Shown piece by piece: positions 19,661 to 29,803 of a stretch of DNA of 64,000 nt (the stretch's first letter is position 1; every line of letters begins with the position of its first letter). Position numbers and translations under genes: made by a program. Origin of the DNA: Chthoniobacterales bacterium (GTDB taxonomy: Bacteria; Verrucomicrobiota; Verrucomicrobiia; Chthoniobacterales; Chthoniobacteraceae); contig JBBQZX010000006.1 of the NCBI GenBank assembly GCA_038207335.1, positions 128,001-192,000 of the forward strand, in the 5' to 3' direction. The notes beneath the pieces were generated by a model that had not been told where the DNA came from, did not search any database, and worked only from the letters and a program-made list of their open reading frames with translations.

Positions 19661-20482
19661 TTACTTCGCCGTGTGGGCTAGGATGAATTTGATGACTGGC
19701 GACGGGTCTTCCAGCCCGTGGGGATGATGCTCCACTCCCGGTTTGTGAATGACCTTCACCTCGCCGCCGAGCGCACGGTAGCGCTGCTCGACGATGAGCG
19801 CATTCTCTTCGGCGGGGACGACCTGGTCTGCATCTCCCACGACATAAATGAGGGGAATCTTGGCCGCGGCGATTGGCGCAAGGGTGTCGATGGGGTTGCC
19901 CTGGTAGGCGAGCGCAGCTTCGTCGTCGGCAAAGTCGTAGAGCTTCTTCAGCGACGCCCAATCCGCAGGGCTGCCTTTGCCTTTCCCCTTGCCTGCAGGC
20001 CAGCTTTTAAAATCACACACCGCCGCGTCCCCGTAGATCAGCGCGACCTTCTCGGGATTCTCCGACGCGAAACGATGGCAGTAGAGACCCCCGCGGCTGA
20101 TGCCGATGAGCACCACCTTCGGAGCGAGTCCGCGCTCTACCAACTCGGCGTGGAAGGCCCCGAAAACCTTTTGCGCGCCGGGTGCTCCATAAGTGTTGCC
20201 CACGTCGATGTGCGCGTGGTGAAAGCCCGCGGCGAGCAGGCCCGGCGCGGCGCAACGCTCCGTGAAGGCGTCGGGAAACGCCATGCACCACGACCACGGA
20301 TTTCCGGGCAAGGCTTCCCTTGGCTCCACGACCCAGGCGGGGCTTTTGTCAAAGGTAAAGCTGTGGCGCTTGAAGCCGTGCCAGTCATCGATCTTCTCAC
20401 CAGGAAAGGCGAGATCGGGCGTGGCCGCGCGGGCATTGACGACGGTGAACAGCAGGGAGGCGAGGAGGAGGCGGAGGATCAT
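19661..20482 (-). CDS. Secreted alpha/beta hydrolase
   Basis: Signal peptide; nucleophile elbow 'GISRGG'; 'GDADQVVP'; 'HHPHG'. Confidence 0.85.
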   Translation of the reverse strand: MILRLLLASLLFTVVNARAATPDLAFPGEKIDDWHGFKRHSFTFDKSPAWVVEPREALPGNPWSWCMAFPDAFTERCAAPGLLAAGFHHAHIDVGNTYGAPGAQKVFGAFHAELVERGLAPKVVLIGISRGGLYCHRFASENPEKVALIYGDAAVCDFKSWPAGKGKGKGSPADWASLKKLYDFADDEAALAYQGNPIDTLAPIAAAKIPLIYVVGDADQVVPAEENALIVEQRYRALGGEVKVIHKPGVEHHPHGLEDPSPVIKFILAHTAK

Positions 20483-20862
20483 GGTGAGAAATCGCCTGTC
20501 GGCCCAAAAAACGTGGAGGGCAGGGACGAGGCAGCAGCGTCCGATAATTTCCGACGAGATGAAAACTCAAAGGATGTGGCGAGTTTTAGCGGCACGTCGG
20601 AGCCGACTGGCAGCGCAGTGAACTGAGCTTTCAGCGCGCCGCCCCCGGCTGGCCCGGGCCCGCAAGCGAACTGCCGCGCGTCGTACGCAGCGTGAAACGG
20701 CTCGTGCATACATCTCGAGGAACCAAACGCCCCCCGTGGTGACGATGCCTCTGCGCTCCGGCCCGGCAACGCGGATGATTCACGAAAGATTCGATCGGGG
20801 AAAGCGGCGCGCTCTCCGCGCCTTCGATGGGAGGGAGGAAAGCCGGGATGCGCATCGGCGGT

Positions 20863-21423
20863 TCACTTCGCCGCGCGGAAGATTGCGAAGTAGGCGTCCT
20901 TTCCGCCGCCGGGGAATGCAGGCTGGAGGGGCTTAAATGCGGGGACGGGATAGGTGATTTCCGGTGCGTCGGGGATGGATTTGTCGCTCACGGTATTCTT
21001 GTCCTTTGCACTGCCGGCGATGACCACGGTGCCGCCGCGCGAAGCGACGCAACCGATGGAAGCGCCGGGGAAGTAGCCCGCTTGCGTCATTTTAAACTCG
21101 GGATCGAAGACGGCGAGGAAGCCGCCGCCTTTGTAGCCGCCCTCGGGCGCTTCATACCACGGCTCTTTGCTGCGGAAGCCGGAGGCGCTGTCGCCGACGA
21201 CGAACTGCCGCGCGCCTTCGCCGGTTGCGTTGCGGATGCTCAGGCCATTGGCGCGCTGCGGGGTGAGCCAGGCAGGCATGAAGGTGCCTTTCTCGAGCTT
21301 GCCGCTCGTGCCATCGGCCCGGAGGATGAGAAAGAGCTTTTCCCCCGTCCCCCCGTCCCCCGCGGCGCACGCGACGCCGGAGCGCCCAGAGCTGTTTGCC
21401 CGCGCGGTCGAAGCCGTAGGCAT
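20863..21423 (-). pseudogene. 5'-truncated remnant (or small protein) with beta-propeller-like strands
   Basis: Coding-like C-terminal part ('GGFLAVFDP', 'GGGKDAYFAIF') but no convincing start or signal; lies directly downstream of a disrupted gene. Confidence 0.45.
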
Positions 21424-21479
21424 ACGGGTCGTTTCACGGCTCGCGGACGGTCTTCGTCATGCCGTAGCCGGTCACGACG

Positions 21480-22090
21480 GCGACGTGAGGATGCCCTCCC
21501 AGTCCCCGAAATAGTAGAGGCTGAGTTCCGTCTGATCGTCCCAAAGCCTGCTCCGAAGCGGATCGCCGCGCTGGAGCATGGCAAAGTTCGCCTGCCCCGG
21601 GCCGTTTACCGCGTAGCCGTGCGCTTCTCCGGCAGCGAGCTCCGGCTGCGGCAGCTGCAGATGGAAGCCGGCTTTAAGATCAAGCCAGATGGCGTATTAG
21701 CGAAGCGCGCTTTCCCAAAAAGCGATCTCCGCCCGCGTTTTCGCGGCTTTCTCCGGCGGCATCGCCGTCGCGTGATCGACCGCTTTCTGCCACAGAATTT
21801 TTTCCGTCGCGCGCGCTCAGACAGATGAGCCAATTCGGATCGGCCATCGTGAAGACTTTGTCCCCGACGACGATCGGCTGCGAAAACTCGGCCCCGCCAT
21901 CGGCACCTTCCAGACGATGTTCTTGCCAGTCTCGCCATTGAACGCCGCCACGGGCGTCGCGCCTGGCCACGCGCCGGTGCCATCGCCCCGCCAGCCCACG
22001 GGCCGCTCCGCGCTTGGGTAGAATTCGCGATGCCCGAGCGGGATCGGCGCCTGTCCCCCAGCAGCGTCCGGGGAGAGAAACGCGCGCAAC
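21480..22090 (-). pseudogene. Disrupted PQQ-like beta-propeller protein N-terminus
   Basis: 'GWRGDGTG...KNIVWKVPM.GPSF / SQPIVVGDKVFTMADP.WLICLSARDGK / ILWQK'; frameshifts at about 21885 and 21800; in-frame TAA at 21697-21699. Confidence 0.8.
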
Positions 22091-22380
22091 GTCAGCGCCT
22101 CGCAAAGGACCCAGTTGGAAAACGTCATGCGTTATTTCTCTAAAAGGTAAAACTTCACTTCGCGACAGCTATCGAGATGGGCGCCCTCCGAGCCAACCCC
22201 GCCGGATGGAAACTCCGCCCGCGAATTCTTTTGACGCTCAGGCGGCTGCCTCCCTATTTGTATCCACTTTTCCGCGGACAAACGGACCGATTTTGCAGGG
22301 AATATCAAGCCTCCCAGCGACACGCCGCCGCACACGAAGCGCAGCTCACAAAACGACTTACAAGCAAAGGTTTACACTGA

Positions 22381-23427
22381 ATGTTTAACGGACTTTCCGG
22401 TCTGTTCTCGAACGATATCGGCATCGATTTGGGCACGGCCAACACGCTGGTTTATGTCAAGGATCACGGCATCGTGCTTCGCGAACCCTCGGTCGTCGCG
22501 GTGCAGGCCGGCACGAGCCGCGTGCTCGCTGTCGGCGACGAGGCGAAGCGAATGCTCGGGCGCACACCCGGCAATATCGTCGCGATCCGTCCCCTCAAGG
22601 ACGGCGTCATCGCCGATTTTGAAATCACGGAAGCGATGTTGCGGCATTTCATCCAAAAGGTACACGGCAAGCGGACGTTTTTTCGCCCACGGCCGCGGGT
22701 CGTCATCGCGGTGCCGTCAGGCATCACGGAGGTCGAAAAGCGTGCTGTCAAAGAGTCCGCGCAGCACGCGGGAGCGCGTGAAGTCCACCTGATTGAAGAG
22801 CCGATGGCGGCGGCAATCGGCTGCGGTCTGCCGGTGCAGGATGCGGCGGGGAATATGATCATCGACATCGGGGGCGGCACGACGGAGGTCGCGCTGATTT
22901 CGCTCTCCGGCATCGTTTTCAGCCGCAGCGTGCGCGTGGCAGGCGATGAGCTAGACGAGGCGATCATCCAATACATGAAGCGCGCCTACAATCTGATGAT
23001 CGGCGAGCGCACCGCGGAGGACATCAAGATCAAGATCGGCTCCGCGTATCCGATCGAGAAAGAGACGACGATGGAGGTCAAAGGCCGCGACCTCGTGGCG
23101 GGGCTTCCGAAGACGCTTACGATCACCTCGCAGGAAGTCCGCGAAGCGCTGCTCGAGCCGATTTCCACCATCGTCGATTCTGTCCGCGTGACGCTCGAGC
23201 GCTGCCCTCCGGAGCTCAGTGCCGACCTCGTGGATCGCGGGTTGGTGCTCGCCGGCGGCGGCGCACTTTTGCGCGGGCTCGACCGCCTGCTCACCGAAGA
23301 AACCGGGCTCCCCGTCCACGTCGCCGAAGACCCGCTCAGCGCGGTCGCCGAGGGCACTGGACGCGCGTTGAGCGAAATCAAATTCCTGCGTCAGGTCTCC
23401 ACGAGCGACTCTCGCTGGAACACCTGA
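22381..23427 (+). CDS. mreB: Rod shape-determining actin-like protein MreB
   Basis: '[10 protein letters not shown]', '[11 protein letters not shown]', 'DIGGGTTE', 'GGGALLRG'. Confidence 0.98.
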   Translation: MFNGLSGLFSNDIGIDLGTANTLVYVKDHGIVLREPSVVAVQAGTSRVLAVGDEAKRMLGRTPGNIVAIRPLKDGVIADFEITEAMLRHFIQKVHGKRTFFRPRPRVVIAVPSGITEVEKRAVKESAQHAGAREVHLIEEPMAAAIGCGLPVQDAAGNMIIDIGGGTTEVALISLSGIVFSRSVRVAGDELDEAIIQYMKRAYNLMIGERTAEDIKIKIGSAYPIEKETTMEVKGRDLVAGLPKTLTITSQEVREALLEPISTIVDSVRVTLERCPPELSADLVDRGLVLAGGGALLRGLDRLLTEETGLPVHVAEDPLSAVAEGTGRALSEIKFLRQVSTSDSRWNT

Positions 23428-23533
23428 TCATCCTCGGAATGAGCCACCTCCGCCCCGTGCGGCCCGGCGTGGAATGCCCGCCAGCGCTTGATTGCGCGAC
23501 GGTATGTGATATTTCGACGCCTGATTTTTCGCG

Positions 23534-24349
23534 ATGAAACAACGCGGGAACATCATCGCGCTCGCGGTTTTTCTCCTCGCGGTCATCCTGCTTTTTGCGG
23601 CGGTGAGCCCGCGGACGATGCAGCGGATTCAGACCGGGTTTCTGGGAATGATCGCTCCATTTTTGAAACGTGGATCGAACATCGAGCGGCAATACACGGC
23701 ATTCCGCGAGGGGCTGAAAACGCTCAATCAACTCGAGGAGGACAACAAGCGGCTCTCGGTTGCAAACAAGGAATTGAGCGCGACGAACCAGACGCTTCGC
23801 GGGCTTGAGGCTGAAAATAACAGCCTCCGGAACGCGCTCGGATATCGGGAGCGTGCGGTGTTTCAGCTCATGCCATCGCGGATCATCGCACGCGACGCGT
23901 CGAGCTGGTATAACACGATCAAGATCGACCGTGGCACAGAGGAACTCATCGAGGAAGAGCAGCCGGTGCTGACCGAGGAGGGGCTGGTGGGCAGGACGAC
24001 GAAGGATGTCTCCGCCCACGCGGCGACTGTGATTTTGATCTCGGATGAAAACTGCCGGGTCGCCGCCACGGTCGAGGGAACGCGAGAGCAGGGGATCATC
24101 CGCGGGGAGCGGACATCGCAGACGGCGATGCCGGTGATCAGCCTGAATTTTTTGTCGAAGCAGGCGAACCTCAAGCCGGGTCAGAAAATCTACACGTCTG
24201 GCATCGGCGGCGTTTTTCCGGCGGGCGTGCTCATCGGCGCGGTGAAAGATTTCAAAGTCCGCGAACTCGACGGTTACGCCACGGTGGTTCCGGCGGTCGA
24301 TCTTTCGACGATTCAGGATGTGTTTGTCGTGGTGGGAAAAACGAAATGA
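23534..24349 (+). CDS. mreC: Rod shape-determining protein MreC
   Basis: N-terminal TM and coiled coil 'LEAENNSLR'; 'GLVGR'; 'TSGIGGVFPAG'; follows mreB. Confidence 0.93.
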   Translation: MKQRGNIIALAVFLLAVILLFAAVSPRTMQRIQTGFLGMIAPFLKRGSNIERQYTAFREGLKTLNQLEEDNKRLSVANKELSATNQTLRGLEAENNSLRNALGYRERAVFQLMPSRIIARDASSWYNTIKIDRGTEELIEEEQPVLTEEGLVGRTTKDVSAHAATVILISDENCRVAATVEGTREQGIIRGERTSQTAMPVISLNFLSKQANLKPGQKIYTSGIGGVFPAGVLIGAVKDFKVRELDGYATVVPAVDLSTIQDVFVVVGKTK

Positions 24350-24403
24350 GCTTGACAATTTTTCCTAAATTTAACGGCGCGCACAGTAAAGGAGACGTCG
24401 GGC

Positions 24404-24470
24404 GAGCGTCGAACGTCGAACATCGAACGAACGAAATGTCGGCTGTGTCTTTAGTTCGGCGTTCATTGTT
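24404..24470. repeat. GAAC(G/A)TC heptamer tandem repeat in the mreC-mreD spacer
   Basis: GAGCGTC GAACGTC GAACATC GAACGAA; 24412-24430 is the exact reverse complement of 7907-7925. Confidence 0.7.
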
Positions 24471-24524
24471 TTTCGCGCGGAAGGGCGCTCCGAGCGCGGC
24501 CGCAATCCACCAATTTTCCTCGCG

Positions 24525-25070
24525 ATGATCTTCTTCCTCATCCTTCTCGCGGGCATGTTTTTTTCACTCGTCGTCCAACATTTCATCGGCCCCATCCCAC
24601 CGTCGGGCGCGCGCGTGATGCTCATGCCGCTCGTCATGTTTTTCGGCGCGCTCGCGCTGCCGTTGTGGGGGATGCTCGGACTCGCATTTGCCGGTGGGCT
24701 CATGTGGGACGCGCTTTGCACGCAGGTTAACGGCGGCGAGCCCGAGATCGCGTTGGGCTGGTCGATCCTGCTCTATGCAACACTCGGTGCGCTCGTGAGT
24801 GGATTCCGTCCGCTATTTTTGCGTGGAAGGTGGGAGATTTACTGCCTGCTCAGTGGCGTCTGCACGTCGGCCATCGTGTTCGCGGAATTCATCGTCATCT
24901 GCATCCGCCGGCAGCCCGTGACGTTCCCCTTCAACCACGAGATCTGGTGGCGCATCGGAGGAGCTGGCCTCCTCGCCGCACTGATTTCGCCGTTCTTTTT
25001 CTTCCTTCTGAATTACATCGCCGCGTGGGTCGGATATGACCCGCAGCCGGAGCGCGGAGGGAGGGCGTGA
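24525..25070 (+). CDS. mreD: Rod shape-determining membrane protein MreD
   Basis: 181-aa multi-TM protein with 'AFAGGLMWDAL', located between mreC and PBP2. Confidence 0.75.
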   Translation: MIFFLILLAGMFFSLVVQHFIGPIPPSGARVMLMPLVMFFGALALPLWGMLGLAFAGGLMWDALCTQVNGGEPEIALGWSILLYATLGALVSGFRPLFLRGRWEIYCLLSGVCTSAIVFAEFIVICIRRQPVTFPFNHEIWWRIGGAGLLAALISPFFFFLLNYIAAWVGYDPQPERGGRA

Positions 25071-25071
25071 C

Positions 25072-27372
25072 ATGCCGAAAATGATCCGTCTCCCAAGACG
25101 TGGAGCGCGTGCCGAGTGGCGCATCTTTTTCATCGGAGTCGTCATTGCGTGCGGCTTCGCGGCGCTCATCGGGCGGCTGTGGTGGGAGCAAGTCGCGCGG
25201 GGGACTTACTGGACCAAAAAAATCGCGGGCCGCTCCGAGGTCACCGTGCGCATCCCCTCCGTGCGCGGTGAAATCCGCGATCGCAACGGCATCACGCTCG
25301 TCGGCAATCGCGCGAGCTACGAGGTCGATTTTTACCTGCCCGACATGGTGCGCGGCTACAGGCGGCAGAACGGCGCGGTGCCGACGACCAAATACAAACG
25401 GCGCGTGAGCCAGATGCTCACGGAGCAAACGGAGGCGGACATTGTGCAGATTGTCAACAAGAGCATCGTCCCGCGCCTGCAGGAGCTCGATCTCGCGAAA
25501 GACTACAGCTCCGAACGGCTGCAGAAGCATTACCGCAACGACTTCGAGGTGCCGTTCACCTATTTGGAAGAACTCGACTTCCCGACCATCGCGAAATTTT
25601 CCGAGCACGATGTCGGCCTGCCAGGGGTCGAGATCGCGCTGCGCCCTGTGCGCCAATACATCTACGGCGCCCTCGGCGCCCACTTGCTCGGATACGTCGG
25701 TGCGCCTGTCGATATCGACAAGTTGCCGGACATCGCTGACTACACATTTTACCAGCCCGACGTGGAGGGAAAATCGCAGGTCGAGCTTTACCTCGACAAA
25801 TACATCCGCGGAAAGCCCGGCGTCCGCGTGATGGAGCGCAATGTCAAAGGAGTGATCGAGCGCGAGGCGACCGAGCGCCGGCGCGAGCCGCAGCAGGGCA
25901 ATAACGTCTATCTCACAATCGACGCGCGCATCGAATACATCGCGGAGCGCGCGCTCCGCGACGCTCATATCGGACGCGGCGCGGCGGTCGTTGCGGACCC
26001 GCGCACCGGCGAAATCCTCGCGATGGTTTCGGTGCCTTCGTATGATCCGAATTCGTTCATCCCAAGCATCACGAAGGCTGATTGGGAAAAGCTCAACGAC
26101 GACGAAACCGACCCGCTGACGAACCGCGCGATTCAGGGATACGCCCCCGGCTCGACTTTCAAGACCGTGACCGCGCTTGCCGGTTTCAAAAAAGGCCTCA
26201 CGGCGAAAACGACTTTCAACTGCTCCGGCGGCGTGCAGTACGGCGGCAAATACATGAAGTGCTGGATCGCAGACAAAGGCGGCTCTCACGGCCCGCTCAC
26301 GGTTCCTGACGCGCTGAAATATTCGTGCAACGCGTTTTTTTATCAGTGGGGAAATGCGGCGAAAATCGAGAACATCGACGCGGTCGGTGAGGCGCTCGGC
26401 ATCGGAAAAAAGACCGGCATCCCGCTCTCGGGCGAGTCGCCGGGGATCATGCCGGGACCGGAATGGCTAAAACAAATCAGCCCCATCGAGCACTGGAGCG
26501 ACGGTTACACCGCGAATGTTTCCATCGGCCAAGGCTCCGTCGAAGCCTCGCCGCTGCAGATGGCGATGGTCGTCTCGGCGATCGCGAATCGCGGCACGTC
26601 TTTTCACCCAAAGCTCATCCATCGCGTGCTTGATCAGCAAAACAAAGACGTGCTCGACGAAGACAAGCACCTCGTCGCGCCGCACGAGCCGCAGGTGCGC
26701 GCCGACCTGCACAGCATGGGAATCACCAATGAGCAGATCGAAACGATCCGCCGCGGCATGTGGAAAGTCGTGAACGAACCCGGCGGCACCGGCAAAAAAG
26801 GGCAGGTGAAAAACGTGCAAGTCGCGGGCAAGACCGGCACGGCGCAATTTTGGCGCGAGACGAAAGACGCGCGCGGCGTGCAGACGAAGATCAAGGACAA
26901 CCACACGTGGTTCATCTGCTTCGCGCCATATGAGGATCCGAAATACGCGATCTGCGTATTTGTCCAAGGCGCGAAATCCGGCGGCGGCGTCTCCGCGCCG
27001 ATCGCGCAGCGGATTCTTGAGGAAAGTCTCGCGCTGGAGAAAGGCTACGATCCCGGCCTGAAGCCGCTCGAACCCGCGGTCGGAAGCTTCTCGCAGATCG
27101 AGGCCGTCGATTACAAAAAAAGCGAGGTGCCCGCCGATGCCGTCGCCGATCCCGAGACCGCCGAGCATTCTGAAATGGCCGAGAGCCGCAAGAGCGAGAA
27201 ACAAGTCCGCAGCACGCCGAATATCCGCTCCGCACCCGACCAGGGCGGGCGCGTGCCGCAGCGAGCCGAGCGCGCGCAGCCGCCGGTGGACAAGCGCGGC
27301 TTTTTCCAGCGATTCTTCGCGCCCAAGCCCCCAGCCTCCCGCCCGCAGCAGGGTCCTCCCAGAGGCCGTTAA
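25072..27372 (+). CDS. mrdA: Penicillin-binding protein 2 (class B)
   Basis: 'RGEIRDRNG'; SxxK 'GSTFK'; SxN 'SCN'; 'GKTGTAQ'; start 25072 or 25081. Confidence 0.93.
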   Translation: MPKMIRLPRRGARAEWRIFFIGVVIACGFAALIGRLWWEQVARGTYWTKKIAGRSEVTVRIPSVRGEIRDRNGITLVGNRASYEVDFYLPDMVRGYRRQNGAVPTTKYKRRVSQMLTEQTEADIVQIVNKSIVPRLQELDLAKDYSSERLQKHYRNDFEVPFTYLEELDFPTIAKFSEHDVGLPGVEIALRPVRQYIYGALGAHLLGYVGAPVDIDKLPDIADYTFYQPDVEGKSQVELYLDKYIRGKPGVRVMERNVKGVIEREATERRREPQQGNNVYLTIDARIEYIAERALRDAHIGRGAAVVADPRTGEILAMVSVPSYDPNSFIPSITKADWEKLNDDETDPLTNRAIQGYAPGSTFKTVTALAGFKKGLTAKTTFNCSGGVQYGGKYMKCWIADKGGSHGPLTVPDALKYSCNAFFYQWGNAAKIENIDAVGEALGIGKKTGIPLSGESPGIMPGPEWLKQISPIEHWSDGYTANVSIGQGSVEASPLQMAMVVSAIANRGTSFHPKLIHRVLDQQNKDVLDEDKHLVAPHEPQVRADLHSMGITNEQIETIRRGMWKVVNEPGGTGKKGQVKNVQVAGKTGTAQFWRETKDARGVQTKIKDNHTWFICFAPYEDPKYAICVFVQGAKSGGGVSAPIAQRILEESLALEKGYDPGLKPLEPAVGSFSQIEAVDYKKSEVPADAVADPETAEHSEMAESRKSEKQVRSTPNIRSAPDQGGRVPQRAERAQPPVDKRGFFQRFFAPKPPASRPQQGPPRGR

Positions 27373-27422
27373 ATTCACCCACCCCCAAAGTGCTAAGCAA
27401 AGTTTACCCCAAAATCCTTTCC

Positions 27423-29000
27423 ATGACCGAACGTGTAAAACGACTTCTAGGTCTCGCTCCCAAGCAGACCGGCAACAAACTCATCATCAACTCCGAGAAA
27501 CTCGAGCGCCGCGTGGCGCTCATGGAGAACGGCGTGCTCGAGGAATACAGCATCGAGCGCCAGACCGACCGAAACATCGTCGGTAGCATTTTCAAAGGCC
27601 GCGTGAGGAACATCGAGCACGGCCTCAAGGCGATGTTCGTGGATATCGGCTTCGAGAAAAATGCGTTCCTCCATTTCTGGGACGCACTCCCCGCCGCGCT
27701 CGACAGCGGCATCGAGGAGGTCGATCGCCCGGCGGGAAAAAAGGCCACCAAAGCGCGAATCACGGCCAAAGACATCCCGAACATTTATCCGGTCGGCAGC
27801 GAAGTCCTCGTGCAGGTGACCAAAGGCCCGATCAGCACGAAAGGCCCTCGCATCACCACGAATCTGAGCCTCGCTGGACGGTACCTCGTCCTCATGCCCT
27901 ACAGCGACCAGAGCGGCATCTCGCGGAAAATCGATTCGCCGAAAGAGCGCGAGCGACTGCGCAATATTTTGAAGGAACTCGCGGTGCCTGAGGGCATGGG
28001 CCTCATCGTCCGGACCGTCGGCGAAGGGCAGCGCGAGCGGTATTTCATCCGAGACCTCGGCCTGCTCGTCGAGCAGTGGCGCGCGATTGAAGAGGCGATG
28101 AAAACGAAGCCGGCGCCGAGTTGCGTCTTCGAGGAGCCCGACCTCATCGAGCGCACGGTGCGCGATTTTCTCACCGACGAAATCGACGAGGTCATCTGCG
28201 ACGACGAGCACTCGGCGAAACGCATGATCGAGCTCGTGAGCCAGATTTCGAAACGCTCCGCCGTGCGCATCAAGCACTACACCGAGCCGCAGCCGATCTT
28301 CGAAAAGCATGGCGTGCAAAAGCAGATCGACGACGCGTTTCACCGCCAAGTCTGGCTCCCGTGCGGCGGCTACATTGTCATCGATGAGACCGAGGCGCTC
28401 ATCGCGATCGACGTGAACACCGGGCGCAACAAAGGCGGCAAGGACGTCGAGAAAACGATCCTGCAAACCAACCTCGAAGCCGCCGACGAAATGGCGCGCC
28501 AGATGCGGCTGCGAAATATCGGCGGACTCATCATCGGCGACTTCATCGACATGAAGCTGCGCAAAGACCAGCAGGCGGTTTACACGCGGATGAAGGACCG
28601 CCTGAAGCGTGACAAATCCAAGACGCATGTCCTGCCCATCTCGCCGCTCGGCCTCATGGAAATGACGCGGCAGCGCGCTGCGGAGAGCATCAGCGGAGCG
28701 GTCTATGACTCGTGTCCGTACTGCGGCGGACGCGGAAAGGTGAAAAGCGCGATGACGATGAGCGTCGAGCTCCAGCGCGCGCTGCACCTCGTCATGCGGA
28801 AATATCAGGACACCGTCCATGAGGTGAAAGTCGTCGTCCATCCGCACGTCCTCGAGCGCCTGCGCCGCGAGGACGAAGAGCTGCTCGTCGATATTGAGCG
28901 CAAGTACGCCGGGCGCCTCACCTTCCGTGCCGACCCGACTTTTCATCACGAGAAATTCACGATCCTCGACGCGAATACGAACAACGAGCTGAAGCCGTAA
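27423..29000 (+). CDS. rng: Ribonuclease E/G family (RNase G-sized)
   Basis: S1 'AMFVDIG', 'KGPRITT', 'AIDVNTG', 'RLRNIGG...DFIDM', 'CPYCGGRG'. Confidence 0.9.
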   Translation: MTERVKRLLGLAPKQTGNKLIINSEKLERRVALMENGVLEEYSIERQTDRNIVGSIFKGRVRNIEHGLKAMFVDIGFEKNAFLHFWDALPAALDSGIEEVDRPAGKKATKARITAKDIPNIYPVGSEVLVQVTKGPISTKGPRITTNLSLAGRYLVLMPYSDQSGISRKIDSPKERERLRNILKELAVPEGMGLIVRTVGEGQRERYFIRDLGLLVEQWRAIEEAMKTKPAPSCVFEEPDLIERTVRDFLTDEIDEVICDDEHSAKRMIELVSQISKRSAVRIKHYTEPQPIFEKHGVQKQIDDAFHRQVWLPCGGYIVIDETEALIAIDVNTGRNKGGKDVEKTILQTNLEAADEMARQMRLRNIGGLIIGDFIDMKLRKDQQAVYTRMKDRLKRDKSKTHVLPISPLGLMEMTRQRAAESISGAVYDSCPYCGGRGKVKSAMTMSVELQRALHLVMRKYQDTVHEVKVVVHPHVLERLRREDEELLVDIERKYAGRLTFRADPTFHHEKFTILDANTNNELKP

Positions 29001-29011
29001 TCGCGCTGCCG

Positions 29012-29031
29012 CCGACACCAGATCGTCACAT
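29012..29031 (+). promoter_or_regulatory. Candidate Pho-box-like direct repeat upstream of the response regulator
   Basis: GACAC (29014) and GTCAC (29025) at 11-bp spacing. Confidence 0.3.
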
Positions 29032-29082
29032 CCGCCCTCTTGCCGCATCCGGCGCGACCCCTAACCTCTCAGACGCGCGACC

Positions 29083-29787
29083 ATGACCAGCAAAGCCGCA
29101 AACAAAAAAATCCTCGTCGCCGATGACGAGGCCGACGTGCTCAATCTCGTCTCGAATAATCTTAAAGCCGCGGGCTTCAACGTTCTCCGCGCCGACGACG
29201 GGCCGTCTGCCCTCGAACAGGCACGGTCATCCGCCCCCGCGCTCATCGTCCTCGATTTGATGCTCCCCGGCATCTCCGGCCTTGAGGTCTGCAAAGCGCT
29301 GAAAAGCGATTCCGCGACGAAACACATTCCGATCATCATGCTCACCGCGAAGGCCGAGGAAATCGACCGCATCCTCGGACTCGAGCTCGGCGCCGACGAC
29401 TACATCACGAAGCCTTTCAGCCCGCGCGAACTCGTGCTCCGCGTGAAGTCCGTCATCCGCCGAGCCAGCACGCCGAGCGAGCCGGAGGAGACGCTCCGGC
29501 TCGGCGACATCCAACTCGACCGCGCGCGTTACGAGGTGCTCGTGAAAAATAGACCCGTCGAATTCACCGCGACGGAATTCAAGCTCCTCGCGCTCCTGAT
29601 CGAGCGCCGCGGTCGCGTGCAAAGCCGGGACACACTGCTCAATGACGTGTGGGGCTACGAGAGTGCAATCGACACGCGCACCGTCGATACCCACATCCGC
29701 CGAGTTCGCGAAAAACTCGGCAACGCCGCCGATTGCATCGAGACGATCCGCGGATTCGGATACCGCATCATCGAGCCGGGTCGCTGA
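29083..29787 (+). CDS. phoB: OmpR-family response regulator, PhoB/PhoP-like
   Basis: 'LDLMLPG', 'IPIIMLTAK.EEIDRILGLELGADDYITKPFS', 'RTVDTHIRR', 'TIRGFGY'; paired with a PhoR-like kinase. Confidence 0.8.
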   Translation: MTSKAANKKILVADDEADVLNLVSNNLKAAGFNVLRADDGPSALEQARSSAPALIVLDLMLPGISGLEVCKALKSDSATKHIPIIMLTAKAEEIDRILGLELGADDYITKPFSPRELVLRVKSVIRRASTPSEPEETLRLGDIQLDRARYEVLVKNRPVEFTATEFKLLALLIERRGRVQSRDTLLNDVWGYESAIDTRTVDTHIRRVREKLGNAADCIETIRGFGYRIIEPGR

Positions 29788-29803
29788 TTATTTTCCCGCC
29801 GCG

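Noticed and set aside
21798..21886. Programmed frameshifting in the PQQ-like gene
   Set aside because: An additional in-frame stop and the downstream truncation indicate decay.
22231..22260. Sigma70 promoter for mreB (TTGACG...TATTTG)
   Set aside because: Poor -10 match and 18-bp spacing; cannot be supported.
27447..29048. 533-aa minus-strand ORF
   Set aside because: Antisense shadow of the RNase E/G gene.
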